Virus record (IMG/VR): IMGVR_UViG_3300033553_000165
Coordinates: 1 to 64,000 of that record
Strand: one strand, 5' to 3'
DNA from: a virus
Length of the DNA stretch: 64,000 bases
Position numbers and translations under genes: made by a program. Of this stretch, positions 28,344 through 37,794 are shown piece after piece (position 1 is the first letter of the stretch; each line of letters begins with the position of its first letter). The notes under the pieces are model-generated. The model was not told the origin of the DNA, made no database searches, and saw only the letters and a list, made by a program, of their open reading frames with translations.

Positions 28344-28844
28344 TTATAACTTTGGTAAACCCCAGTCTGTTGCTAAAATATCAGTCTGGGAAGCTAACCA
28401 AGGTACGAATTTATTATCCGCAGTCTTCATTCCTATCCAAGGTAAAAAACCGTCCGTATCCTTATTTATCTGTTCGTAGACTGTCCCCAATCCCCATTTT
28501 CCGCTTTCTATCATTAACAGATACATACCCTTTCCATTCCAGCCTTTACGACTCACCATTTTTCCGGCTTTCAGTGCTTCTACAGCTTGACCAAAAGTTC
28601 CCCTTTCAAGATGTAAACCCCCAAAAGGTCCTGGAGACGCTGTTTCCCCCCAACTCTGGACGAAGGCTTCCTCATTTATCCCTTCCTTACTATAATCCTC
28701 AATCTCCTTAGCGATTTTAAGGATCTCTTCCGTATCAGCGGCAGTTTCTCCAGCCTTAGCTTCTAACCACCCTTGAGCGTGAGCCTTTCTGGCTATCCGG
28801 AACGCTTCTGAGTCAATCGGCTTAGTTTCTTTTTGTTCGTCCAT
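28344..28844 (-). CDS. tad2: Thoeris anti-defence 2 (DUF2829) family protein with N-terminal extension
   Basis: FGQAVEALKAGKMVSRKGWNGKGMYL..PWLASQTDILATDW. Confidence 0.85.
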   Translation of the reverse strand: MDEQKETKPIDSEAFRIARKAHAQGWLEAKAGETAADTEEILKIAKEIEDYSKEGINEEAFVQSWGETASPGPFGGLHLERGTFGQAVEALKAGKMVSRKGWNGKGMYLLMIESGKWGLGTVYEQINKDTDGFLPWIGMKTADNKFVPWLASQTDILATDWGLPKL

Positions 28845-29299
28845 TACCTTGCTTCTTTAGTTTCGTCAGAACTTTGAGAACTATTAATATGGTGTTGATT
28901 TCCATACTGGTCTACTCCTCCTGGTCCGTTTTTGGTGTCGAAAAGTGTTCTCTTGTATTCCGTATTTCTCACCAAGCCCATAGTGACGTCTTTGGTAAAT
29001 TGGGTCTTGTCCTTTTCGGTTTGAAGCTCATACTTCAACTTCTCAATCTCAGCTTGACGCTCCCTTTCTGATACGTCCTTCTCACGCTTTTCCAAAGTGG
29101 CGTTTCTGGTATCAAATTCTTGGTACTCCGAAATGATCCTTTTAAGTCCTGCGATTTCTTCCTTCCTTTCAGAAGCTGCACTTAATAAAAGTTCAATTTC
29201 ATTTTCATCACGTTCTGCTTTTTCAAGCCTTTCTCTTAGAACCATTCCAACCTGAGCTGGTAAGTTCTTTTCGATAATTTCTTTGATCTCTTTTTCCAT
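28844..29299 (-). CDS. Coiled-coil hypothetical protein
   Basis: ORF track; AATCGTAAA leader. Confidence 0.65.
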   Translation of the reverse strand: MEKEIKEIIEKNLPAQVGMVLRERLEKAERDENEIELLLSAASERKEEIAGLKRIISEYQEFDTRNATLEKREKDVSERERQAEIEKLKYELQTEKDKTQFTKDVTMGLVRNTEYKRTLFDTKNGPGGVDQYGNQHHINSSQSSDETKEAR

Positions 29300-29437
29300 T
29301 GTTTTACGATTTTAAAATTTACTTACTTAACTTTGGTAAGTCTTACGTCTAAATCTGCTTTAAATACCGCATAGGAATTAGTTATGCGCTCAAATAGTTC
29401 TGGATTGATGGATCCTCCGGAGTCTCTTACTAAAAGA

Positions 29438-29683
29438 TCACCCGTTTGTCTCATCATTATTATTTTTCCCATTATGATTTTTTACAATTACGCAATCTTT
29501 TGCTTGTTCGAATGTTAAACCTACAATTTTCTTTTCCTTCTTTAATTTTTGTAAAGCTGCCCTCAATTGAACCGCTCTCCTCCCGAATATACGGACTTCA
29601 ATCATTCCTCTCCCATTTGACTTTAACGTCAAAGGCAACCTGTGGTAGTCCGAGATTGCCTGTAGATTCCGTATTATGTCCAT
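29438..29683 (-). CDS. Hypothetical protein
   Basis: ORF track. Confidence 0.55.
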   Translation of the reverse strand: MDIIRNLQAISDYHRLPLTLKSNGRGMIEVRIFGRRAVQLRAALQKLKKEKKIVGLTFEQAKDCVIVKNHNGKNNNDETNG

Positions 29684-29717
29684 ACCCTACTATTTCCTCT
29701 TTCATAGCTGATAATGA

Positions 29718-30461
29718 CTATTTAAGGTTTTTAATGAGCTCTATGCGCTTATCTTTTATGCGATTGATATAATCCTTTAAGTCTAAAGTCCCATTCTGGA
29801 TACGGTCTAATTTATCTCCTAATTTCTTATAGAAGTCAATCTCTAGAACGGTTTCGTGACGCTCCGCAAATTCCCCTAATTTTCGGTTGATAACTTTTCC
29901 CGTATTTTCTTCAATTCGCCTTTCGCAATAATCATTGATGGTTGATTGGCTTAAATGGTAGCTTAACCTTTTCGCAGTTGTATGAAATTCATCATTAGCT
30001 TCCTTAAGAACATCCGGAAGATTATTCCAAAGTTTGATCAATGTAGATAAATCCTTAGATAATTCCGCCAAGCTTTCTTCCATAATTGTAGGTCGCTCTT
30101 TACCTTGAAGTTCTCTTATGCGCTCTTTATCTTCTTCGGCGAACGGGACAGTGTACCGAAGTGGCGGACCAACGCTATTAATTGGTAAATTTAGATTTTG
30201 TAATTCTTCTCCTGTTGCGGCTCTCGGCATTTCGACTTTATAATATAAATCCCCATCTATCACTATCACTTCGCCATCTTTACCTAACCTATCAACCTTA
30301 TTATAATTAACAGAGTCACCCTCCTCTACTCCCTCTATTTTATACAAGATTTTGCGAATATAGCTGATCTCTCTTGTTAATTGTGCGTGTGTTCCTGATA
30401 GTGAAAATTCCCAAATATTGGATAGGGCATTTCTAATTTCTTCAATGTGTTTTGATTTCAT
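29718..30461 (-). CDS. Hypothetical protein
   Basis: ORF track. Confidence 0.7.
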   Translation of the reverse strand: MKSKHIEEIRNALSNIWEFSLSGTHAQLTREISYIRKILYKIEGVEEGDSVNYNKVDRLGKDGEVIVIDGDLYYKVEMPRAATGEELQNLNLPINSVGPPLRYTVPFAEEDKERIRELQGKERPTIMEESLAELSKDLSTLIKLWNNLPDVLKEANDEFHTTAKRLSYHLSQSTINDYCERRIEENTGKVINRKLGEFAERHETVLEIDFYKKLGDKLDRIQNGTLDLKDYINRIKDKRIELIKNLK

Positions 30462-30654
30462 CTTTATAACTTTTTCCGTTGATTAATACTTTGTTAGAAT
30501 TACGCTCTTCCCAAGCTTCTGGATCAAATCCAGCCTTTACATATTGTTGATAGGTTATTTCCGGAACGAAATTTATATCTACCATATAACGATTCTTACC
30601 ATTTAAATTTTTCAGCGTGTTGTCGCTAAATCCTACGATTTTAATTTGCGCCAT
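30442..30654 (-). CDS. Hypothetical protein
   Basis: ORF track. Confidence 0.55.
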   Translation of the reverse strand: MAQIKIVGFSDNTLKNLNGKNRYMVDINFVPEITYQQYVKAGFDPEAWEERNSNKVLINGKSYKDEIKTH

Positions 30655-30777
30655 ATCTTATTTATAAACTTCATAAAATCTCTTTCTTTTTCAAACGTCA
30701 TAAAACACCAAACTAATACCCAAGAAAATAATATTATACAAATCATTAACCCTTTAGCTAATAGTTCCCGTTCCATC

Positions 30778-31131
30778 TTAAAGTTTTTTGGTAATTTTAT
30801 CAATATTAAATTTCCTTAACCTTTCCTCAATTCCGCCAGCGCTTAAAATATCTAAAGATTTTACGGAAATGAATATTTGAACTCCGTTCTTAAGTGATGG
30901 GGCAACAAGTGGACGCCCATACCGCCTTTCTAATTTTAAACCTATGTATCCTGGATATTGTTCCATCCATCGGTTGTCGCTTATTATTTTATTACCAAAA
31001 TATATACAATCCTTTTCCTCATCAAATACGTGAGAATGAAATTTCTCAGTAGTATATTTTTCGCACTCATCTTCACCTACAATCTCTGGGTGAGAATACC
31101 GTATATCTATTTCCAAATAAAATCTTTTCAT
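30778..31131 (-). CDS. Hypothetical protein
   Basis: ORF track. Confidence 0.6.
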   Translation of the reverse strand: MKRFYLEIDIRYSHPEIVGEDECEKYTTEKFHSHVFDEEKDCIYFGNKIISDNRWMEQYPGYIGLKLERRYGRPLVAPSLKNGVQIFISVKSLDILSAGGIEERLRKFNIDKITKKL

Positions 31132-31237
31132 AATTATTCTACGTATGGTTTTTCTATTCCTTTAAGCTTATAATATTGATCTGATAAATCTACAATGATT
31201 GCCCCGATCATCATTACCGCAAATATTACAATTACTC

Positions 31238-31480
31238 TCATCCCCAATAAATATATCCGTTAGCACCGTCTCCCGCCATATGTCGACCTTCATGCCCCTT
31301 TTCCCTCCAACACTGATAACCTTCACAGCTATCGCCCCAATCGTCCGTTATGTCCTTTCCGGCTTTCTCTTCGCACTTATCTTCACTTTTGATAGCTACC
31401 TTATGCTTGGGAGTTGATTCGTCCTTTAAAGCTTGAATTGCTTGGTCAATTGGTAGTCTTGCTAAATGTTCAGTTTTCAT
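31238..31480 (-). CDS. Small Cys/His protein
   Basis: C..CxxxxGHxGxH motif; AATCGTAAA leader. Confidence 0.6.
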   Translation of the reverse strand: MKTEHLARLPIDQAIQALKDESTPKHKVAIKSEDKCEEKAGKDITDDWGDSCEGYQCWREKGHEGRHMAGDGANGYIYWG

Positions 31481-31613
31481 TATTTACGATTAAAATGTTT
31501 ATGTATTCTATTAACTATGTAGCCGAATCCTATTCCTAACCAAACCACGAGCCAGTACACGACCGCTCTTTTCCAATCTACGTTCGGAACCAACATGGCT
31601 TCCAATTCTTCCA

Positions 31614-31823
31614 TTATTTCCGTTTTGTAATATTCATTATTCTCCAGACCGTGTAATACTCCAATCCTAAAACCTTAGCGATTGACTTGTACTTTAGCTT
31701 TCCTTCGCAAGCCCAGACCTTGGCGACGATTTCTGGGGAGAGTTTTTTATTTACTTTAGTTCGGGGGATAACTTCCATAACTACATTAATTTTTATTGTG
31801 GTTTTTGCGCATATCAGAAGCAA
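31614..31823 (-). CDS. Small HTH protein (start uncertain)
   Basis: KYKSIAKVLGLEYYTVWRIM HTH pattern. Confidence 0.55.
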   Translation of the reverse strand: MLLICAKTTIKINVVMEVIPRTKVNKKLSPEIVAKVWACEGKLKYKSIAKVLGLEYYTVWRIMNITKRK

Positions 31824-31894
31824 TACCTAATTTAAGCTTCCAATTCTTATTTAGTTTAATCTTAGCTTTGAATTTACTCAAAAGCTTTTTTAAT

Positions 31895-32290
31895 TTACTC
31901 ATTTTCTGGTCTTGTAGTTTTACTTTCGGCTGATGGTTGACCCTCACTTTTGATATTATAAAATGAGAACGGATATGCCCCACTATGTTGTTTAGAGTCC
32001 GAATTACTTTTAGGGAGTGCTTTCCCTAATAAGATATCTGCACAATACCAAGAACCTTGAATACCTGAATTATCAGGATAAGCTAAACCTGCCCCGCATA
32101 TACATCTTGCTTCAGCTGAAAATACTAACTCATCTATTGTAAATTTATCCTCTAACATCTGAACCGATTTAAGCTTCTCTTTTATCTCTTCTTCTCGCTT
32201 AGTCCATAGTTCTCGCCTTTCAACTTGAAGTGGTTCTAATTTGCTCTCAAGAGCTTTAATTTCCTGATTTAATTCTTCTAATCTATCCAT
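31895..32290 (-). CDS. Zinc-binding hypothetical protein
   Basis: CICGAGLAY..WYC..H motif. Confidence 0.65.
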   Translation of the reverse strand: MDRLEELNQEIKALESKLEPLQVERRELWTKREEEIKEKLKSVQMLEDKFTIDELVFSAEARCICGAGLAYPDNSGIQGSWYCADILLGKALPKSNSDSKQHSGAYPFSFYNIKSEGQPSAESKTTRPENE

Positions 32291-32300
32291 TATTTTAGTT

Positions 32301-32657
32301 TTAAAATTTCTTTGAACTTGTAAGTGTCATCGTTTCCCTGTCTTCGTCTACCTGATGAATATTAGAAACCAACCCTACCATTGCCGCTGAGGATAATTTA
32401 ATCTGAGATACTTGAATAAATATCCGACTATCAGGATTTCTCCTTATTAATTGTATTTCGGCACTTTGGCGACAACAAACCATTCTCTTCAAATCCTCAT
32501 CCGTCTTAGCCTTAACAACCCGTAAAAATCTTATGACGAATAACTCTTCCCCTAAATCTGATTTCTCATCTATCTTGTAGGTTTCTATTCTTCGCCCTCT
32601 AAATTTAGTCTCTACGCAGTTGGGGTGATGTACGTGATGTAAAATTAATCTTTCCAT
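32301..32657 (-). CDS. Hypothetical protein
   Basis: ORF track. Confidence 0.6.
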   Translation of the reverse strand: MERLILHHVHHPNCVETKFRGRRIETYKIDEKSDLGEELFVIRFLRVVKAKTDEDLKRMVCCRQSAEIQLIRRNPDSRIFIQVSQIKLSSAAMVGLVSNIHQVDEDRETMTLTSSKKF

Positions 32658-32817
32658 TATTTATCAATTAATTGGTTATATTCTTTTACCCATTCCTCAT
32701 CAACTTTTAAATCCGCATCTAAATATCTGGTGATGGATTCTTTTAATTGCTTCCTTCGCCTTTCGTCCCAAATGTACTTTGGTACTACTCCGATTGGTGG
32801 TTTAGTGTTTTCTGGCA

Positions 32818-33927
32818 TTACTTCCCGTTTTTATTTTTAGTATCTACATTCAAGTCAGCTTGCCCTTTACCTAACTTTGATTGCTTAGCTTTTAACTTTG
32901 CTAACATTTTAGCCTTTATATCATTCGCCCTATCTCCGTCCTTTTCCTCATCTTCTTTGGCGTCAATCAATACTGCTTCCTCAACGTTTCGGTCTAAGGC
33001 TTTTTGGGCTTTACCAATACGCTCAAAGTCATAATTCATCTGAGATGGGTAAATTGCATCCCCTTCCGCTTCAACGGGATCAAAGTCGCCGAGGACGTTG
33101 CTAAATCTTTTGTAATACGAACTATTAAGACTGTAAATCAATTTGACTGGACTAACGCCCATACGTGCCGCAACCCTTCCTAAGATCACCTCCTTTAAGT
33201 TCATCGTCCGGAATATCTCATTCCTTAAATGTTGTTGTAAATTACTTTCGTATGTAACGTCTATTTTGCCTTCTATTGTTAGCCTATCCCCTTCGCTTTC
33301 TTTCCTGATACTTTCTAGCGTTTGTAAAAGAAGTCTGTAGCTATCGTTACTCTTGCTATCCTCGTACTTCGTTTTCTGTTGCCCATAGAGATATGTATAT
33401 TCTTCCAATCGGGAACGCTTAACGCCTAAACGAATATCTGAGTATGATGCTTTGTAACGTTCTATTGCCGCCTCAATTTCTTTGGAGTGTTGCTTCCGGA
33501 ACTCTTGTAATTTCTTTATGCTGTTAAACTTGATTCCCCAGTCTTTGTTAATTACCTTTAGAACTTCAGCCGTTGTAAACATACGCCCAAAATAGTCTAT
33601 TATTTCCGTACCCCTTAGATCAAGAAGGCTCGGAGTCCCGTCTTTGGTAGCACCTCTCCCCTGCTTTAGCCCAAAAGCTAATCTTTTTTGTACAGTAGCA
33701 TTATTGTTAATCGAGCTGTAGGTATCTTTCATTATCAATATATCCTCCTGCTCATTATCCGGAAGGTGCTCAATCTTCTTTTTTAGGAAGTGCGGGAACC
33801 ACGCTAAGTTAATATCCTCGCCATCTGAGGCTTTAAAGATCATCGCCTCATTTAGTATCGGATGTCTATCTAACTTTATGTATTTTATATAGGCTTTCTT
33901 ATCAATTACTCCGTCTGGGAACTTCAT
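32818..33927 (-). CDS. Helical DNA-binding protein, possible terminase small subunit (DUF2280-like)
   Basis: HTH-like TTAEVLKVINKDWGI followed by DIRLGVKRSRLEE, resembling DUF2280; weak. Confidence 0.4.
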   Translation of the reverse strand: MKFPDGVIDKKAYIKYIKLDRHPILNEAMIFKASDGEDINLAWFPHFLKKKIEHLPDNEQEDILIMKDTYSSINNNATVQKRLAFGLKQGRGATKDGTPSLLDLRGTEIIDYFGRMFTTAEVLKVINKDWGIKFNSIKKLQEFRKQHSKEIEAAIERYKASYSDIRLGVKRSRLEEYTYLYGQQKTKYEDSKSNDSYRLLLQTLESIRKESEGDRLTIEGKIDVTYESNLQQHLRNEIFRTMNLKEVILGRVAARMGVSPVKLIYSLNSSYYKRFSNVLGDFDPVEAEGDAIYPSQMNYDFERIGKAQKALDRNVEEAVLIDAKEDEEKDGDRANDIKAKMLAKLKAKQSKLGKGQADLNVDTKNKNGK

Positions 33928-34039
33928 TTTTTCTTTGTATTTATTTACAGGCTTTTATAAGTTAAAACCTCATACCTGTAATACGTGTTTCCTTCTTGTG
34001 TCGCCTTGTACAATATACTCCTGTATCTTTTTTATAGCT

Positions 34040-34420
34040 TTACTTTATTTTCGCTAAAAATTCTAGTTTATCAATATCATACCTTAGTAAGTAACTCTCA
34101 ATCTGTTCTTTGTTTTCTGGAGAAGAATTACACCAATTTTCTATCCTATGAATATCATAATTGATACCATTTTGTATATCTTCTCTTTGTCGTTTTGATT
34201 CTTCCTCATTTAGCATTCTTGAGTAGACGATAGAATCATTCTTAAAGTAGTAAGTCTCTACACTATTTAGGATATCAATTAACTCTTGCTTAGGAATAGA
34301 ATTTACATCTAACTCAATAGTTCTCTCTTTACCGTCTAAGTTCTTTAGTTCTTTCCTACGGTGTTGTAGTAATTTGATAGCGTCGGCAAAAGCAGCCTTT
34401 ATTGTTATTTTATTTTCCAT
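34040..34420 (-). CDS. Hypothetical protein
   Basis: Start moved to MENKITIK. Confidence 0.6.
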   Translation of the reverse strand: MENKITIKAAFADAIKLLQHRRKELKNLDGKERTIELDVNSIPKQELIDILNSVETYYFKNDSIVYSRMLNEEESKRQREDIQNGINYDIHRIENWCNSSPENKEQIESYLLRYDIDKLEFLAKIK

Positions 34421-34425
34421 AGCTT

Positions 34426-34602
34426 TTACATCCAACCTAAAGATTCCAATTCGTCTATTCTGGTACAAACCTCCTTTAGCTTATTTGCTTGGTCTATTAT
34501 GAAGTCTGCGTTATACCTTATCTTGGGATTGTTTACACGGTTCAAGATATCCCTTTTATTGTCTTTATGAGTTTGTAGCCTCAATTTTATTTTTTCTTCC
34601 AT
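34426..34602 (-). CDS. Small hypothetical protein (58 aa)
   Basis: Hand translation MEEKIKLRLQTHKDNK..LGWM fills the gap. Confidence 0.55.
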   Translation of the reverse strand: MEEKIKLRLQTHKDNKRDILNRVNNPKIRYNADFIIDQANKLKEVCTRIDELESLGWM

Positions 34603-34808
34603 TACTCAATATATTTTATCATTTGGGAATTTACAAGAACCTCTATATTTTTCCCTTTATCTACGCACTTTAAATGCCCGTCAACTGAATCAACATCATA
34701 GTCTACTCTTTTGACCGTTATCCAAGCATCTAGATAAATCATTTTCTTTAGTTCTTCTTTAGTCTCACGGACTGTAAAGGAATCTCCTGTAAATTTTATT
34801 ACTGCCAT
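34602..34808 (-). CDS. Hypothetical protein
   Basis: ORF track. Confidence 0.6.
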   Translation of the reverse strand: MAVIKFTGDSFTVRETKEELKKMIYLDAWITVKRVDYDVDSVDGHLKCVDKGKNIEVLVNSQMIKYIE

Positions 34809-34818
34809 ATTCTTTTAT

Positions 34819-35334
34819 TTAGTTAAACTCTTTAGCGATTTCCGTTATCTTCTTTGTAAAGGCTTCTTCACTTCCGTTCGGAATATTTACGTGAATCATT
34901 TTACCATTTAACCCTTCCCCAAATTCTACCCCAAAGTCTTTACCAAAGTCCACCCCTAACATCTCATCAGTCATTTTCATCAGCCTATCATTTAGTTCGG
35001 CAACCGCTTGAACCTTTCCATAGACCTCCGCTTGCTTCTTATCTCTTTCCTTTATAATATTCTCACGGACTTCTACAAAGGCATCCCTTTTATTTAGGAA
35101 CGCTGTGTAATCGCTTGTGTAATATTTCATCTTAAAACTATGCCGCTCTTCAAATGGTAAATCTACATCGTCAGCTGGAGAAGGGAGCCTTTCGTAAACA
35201 TACTCAACTGCCTCAATTTTCTTCTTTTCCAGCTTGGTTATCTTCCTTTCTATTATCTCTAAACCCCTTACCACATATACTGGGAAATCAATCTTTAAAT
35301 CGCCTATTTTAATCCTTCGTGTTAAATCTTCCAT
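34819..35334 (-). CDS. Hypothetical protein
   Basis: ORF track. Confidence 0.65.
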   Translation of the reverse strand: MEDLTRRIKIGDLKIDFPVYVVRGLEIIERKITKLEKKKIEAVEYVYERLPSPADDVDLPFEERHSFKMKYYTSDYTAFLNKRDAFVEVRENIIKERDKKQAEVYGKVQAVAELNDRLMKMTDEMLGVDFGKDFGVEFGEGLNGKMIHVNIPNGSEEAFTKKITEIAKEFN

Positions 35335-35411
35335 ACCTTAACTTTTTTACATTATTTATGCTTATACGGTTTTGTAATATCCAGTTCTGGGGTCAGTCTC
35401 AGTTTTAATGT

Positions 35412-35699
35412 TTAAAGGTCTTCCTGCTTAAACTTCTTGTAACTCATTTCCGCTTCGTCTTTAGCTTCTCTCGCTTCATCGTACGTCATAACACTAAGTT
35501 CGTCTTCCCTTATACGGAATCTTTTCCTAATCTTTTTAACGCATTCTTCAGCTTTTTCGTAAGTTGGGAAAATCTTACTTAGCTCTAGTCTCTTGGACCA
35601 TTGAACACTTCTTAGCTTCTCTTTGTTTACAAAAAATAACGGATAGATTTCAAACCGCTTTATTACAAACATTTTCCATTTTAAAAATTTATCTCGCAT
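35412..35699 (-). CDS. Hypothetical protein
   Basis: ORF track. Confidence 0.6.
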   Translation of the reverse strand: MRDKFLKWKMFVIKRFEIYPLFFVNKEKLRSVQWSKRLELSKIFPTYEKAEECVKKIRKRFRIREDELSVMTYDEAREAKDEAEMSYKKFKQEDL

Positions 35700-36018
35700 T
35701 AAGTCTATTTACCAAATAATGCGCAATATTATCTTTCCTTTTCCTTGGTTCCGGTTTATGTTGTAGTCTTGACCATCCCCTTATATTTCCAACGCTCAAG
35801 CCAGTTTTTATATCTACAAACATACCGCTTTTATTTAGCTCAAACCTCGCTTCAATATCTTCTACCTCAATAAATTTTCCAGTCAACCTATCTGATATAT
35901 CATCGTCAAGTTTGTCTGCTATCAAATTATCGGCTTTATCGTATAAACGATCACCAACTACCTTTAACGGAAAGTTAACGTCTTCGAGTAACATTTCCTC
36001 TTCATATTGTAAAAACAT
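35689..36018 (-). CDS. Hypothetical protein
   Basis: ORF track. Confidence 0.6.
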   Translation of the reverse strand: MFLQYEEEMLLEDVNFPLKVVGDRLYDKADNLIADKLDDDISDRLTGKFIEVEDIEARFELNKSGMFVDIKTGLSVGNIRGWSRLQHKPEPRKRKDNIAHYLVNRLNAR

Positions 36019-36251
36019 AGTATTTCCTTTTAAATTAAATCTAAGTTAATAAATTTTATCTTTACGATCGTGTATCCATTCCCCTAAACTTTATTAGGGG
36101 AACTTAGCTATCAAATTGAGTAGCCTTCGGATACACAGATAATTTGTGCCCACATTAACTTATCCAGCTATATGTGCAAAGGCAAAAATTAAGCCCACGA
36201 AACTAAATCCGTAAATCATCGTACGAGTGGTTACATTTCTAAATTGCATAA

Positions 36252-36482
36252 TTATTTATTTAAACATTGGTCTATAATTCCGCTCTCCACTTCCGAACCC
36301 TTCCTCTTTATTTCTTCTTCTCTGAAGTGAGGAATTAAATAATTACCTTTTTCAAACCAACACTTTTTTAAACCTAACTCTCCCGCCATTTCGTGTAAGT
36401 TGTCTAAACTATACGGCAAACAGATTAATCTTCCGTCCTTGTCGTATAATATTTTAAGATTCTGCCCGTTCTTTGTTCTCAT
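36252..36482 (-). CDS. DUF4031-like small protein
   Basis: LHEMAGELGLKKCWF motif. Confidence 0.55.
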   Translation of the reverse strand: MRTKNGQNLKILYDKDGRLICLPYSLDNLHEMAGELGLKKCWFEKGNYLIPHFREEEIKRKGSEVESGIIDQCLNK

Positions 36483-36855
36483 CTTTCACGAAATTAAAAT
36501 GCTTCATAAAACCCTCTTTGTTATTCTTGAATTGCTCCAATATCATTTCGGCATCTTCCAACTCTTCAGGGTCGTATGAAGATAATAACTTTGTAACGTT
36601 TTCAAACATCCTTAACATATACTGAAAGTCCTCAGGGGACCGATCGTGTATTTGACTTATTTGTTGCTCTATTACTTTATGCCCCAAACTCTTATTGAAA
36701 GCCTTACCGCTATTTTTTATATTCATAGCCCAAACTGGAAGGTCACTCAACTCATCGAGATATTCCATCATCAACATACTCAAAAGATAAACGTGTAGCG
36801 TTAAAACCCGAACCCTTGAAACTTCAGGGGTTTCGTCAATATTTACTTTCATCAA
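36454..36855 (-). CDS. Hypothetical protein
   Basis: ORF track. Confidence 0.65.
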   Translation of the reverse strand: MMKVNIDETPEVSRVRVLTLHVYLLSMLMMEYLDELSDLPVWAMNIKNSGKAFNKSLGHKVIEQQISQIHDRSPEDFQYMLRMFENVTKLLSSYDPEELEDAEMILEQFKNNKEGFMKHFNFVKDENKERAES

Positions 36856-37085
36856 TAACTAAATTTTTTATAAGCACAAACAAATTTTACACCAGGATTT
36901 TTCTTTCTTAGAATTTTAAGTATTTTCCGAAACTTTGCGTCTTTCATATAAAAGTCAAAGTCATTAACTAAAATCACGTATTGGTATTGTCCGTGCCCTT
37001 CTTCAATATCCCAGTCGTACTCTGGAAAGATATCCGCTAAATGTAATACAATATCTTCAATCATTTTACAAATTTTTCGAGACAA
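36852..37085 (-). CDS. Hypothetical protein
   Basis: ORF track. Confidence 0.6.
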   Translation of the reverse strand: MSRKICKMIEDIVLHLADIFPEYDWDIEEGHGQYQYVILVNDFDFYMKDAKFRKILKILRKKNPGVKFVCAYKKFSY

Positions 37086-37513
37086 TATTTTCTAGCTTCT
37101 CCCGCCAGATAATCTGCACGTTCATTATATTCTACTCCTGTGTGACCTTTTACTTTTTTGAATCTTACTTTGTTAATTCTTTGGAATATTTCATCAAGCA
37201 TTTCCTGCCAAACTTGAGGATTCTTAACCTCATACCATTCCGTCTCTATCCATCTCAGGTACCAACGCTCCTTAAAGCAATTAACCACCGTCGCATAATC
37301 TGTAACGATATGCACTTCAATTCCTTTATAGTTGTTATTCGCATATCTTATAGCTTTAATAACCGCCATCATTTCCATCACGGCTGAAGTAGTATCCGGA
37401 TAGGCTCCTAAGTCTTCGTCTATTATCTTATCTCCCTCAACTACTACGAACGCCCAACCTCCTGCTCGGTCTTTATGATAACAACTGCCGTCGGTCCAAA
37501 TCTCTACTCCCAT
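37061..37513 (-). CDS. rnhA: Ribonuclease HI
   Basis: WTDGS..GGW, MEMMAV, VTDY, KVKGHTG..NERADYLA. Confidence 0.95.
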   Translation of the reverse strand: MGVEIWTDGSCYHKDRAGGWAFVVVEGDKIIDEDLGAYPDTTSAVMEMMAVIKAIRYANNNYKGIEVHIVTDYATVVNCFKERWYLRWIETEWYEVKNPQVWQEMLDEIFQRINKVRFKKVKGHTGVEYNERADYLAGEARKYCLEKFVK

Positions 37514-37794
37514 TATCCTAGAACTTCCACGTTATCCCCTTCCGGAACGTACTGTCCCCCCTTTCGGTCATCCAATTGATTTACTACAATTTTATATCCT
37601 ACATAATGTGTAATGTCCAAGACTCCAAAGCTTAAATTAGTGGTAATTTTTGTATTCTTAAGTCCAACTAAATGCCTCTTAAATTTGAAATAGGCTGAAT
37701 GGCCTAGAAGAATATATTTTGGCTCAATATTTTTCATTATTTTTGCCGATATCCCCTCTTCTATTTCCTTCATTATTTGTTTCTCAGTTTTCAT
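37513..37794 (-). CDS. Hypothetical protein
   Basis: ORF track. Confidence 0.6.
   Translation of the reverse strand: MKTEKQIMKEIEEGISAKIMKNIEPKYILLGHSAYFKFKRHLVGLKNTKITTNLSFGVLDITHYVGYKIVVNQLDDRKGGQYVPEGDNVEVLG

Noticed and set aside
34533-34542. TTACACGGTT on the plus strand
   Set aside because: Opposite orientation and inside small ORF 34426..34602; likely chance
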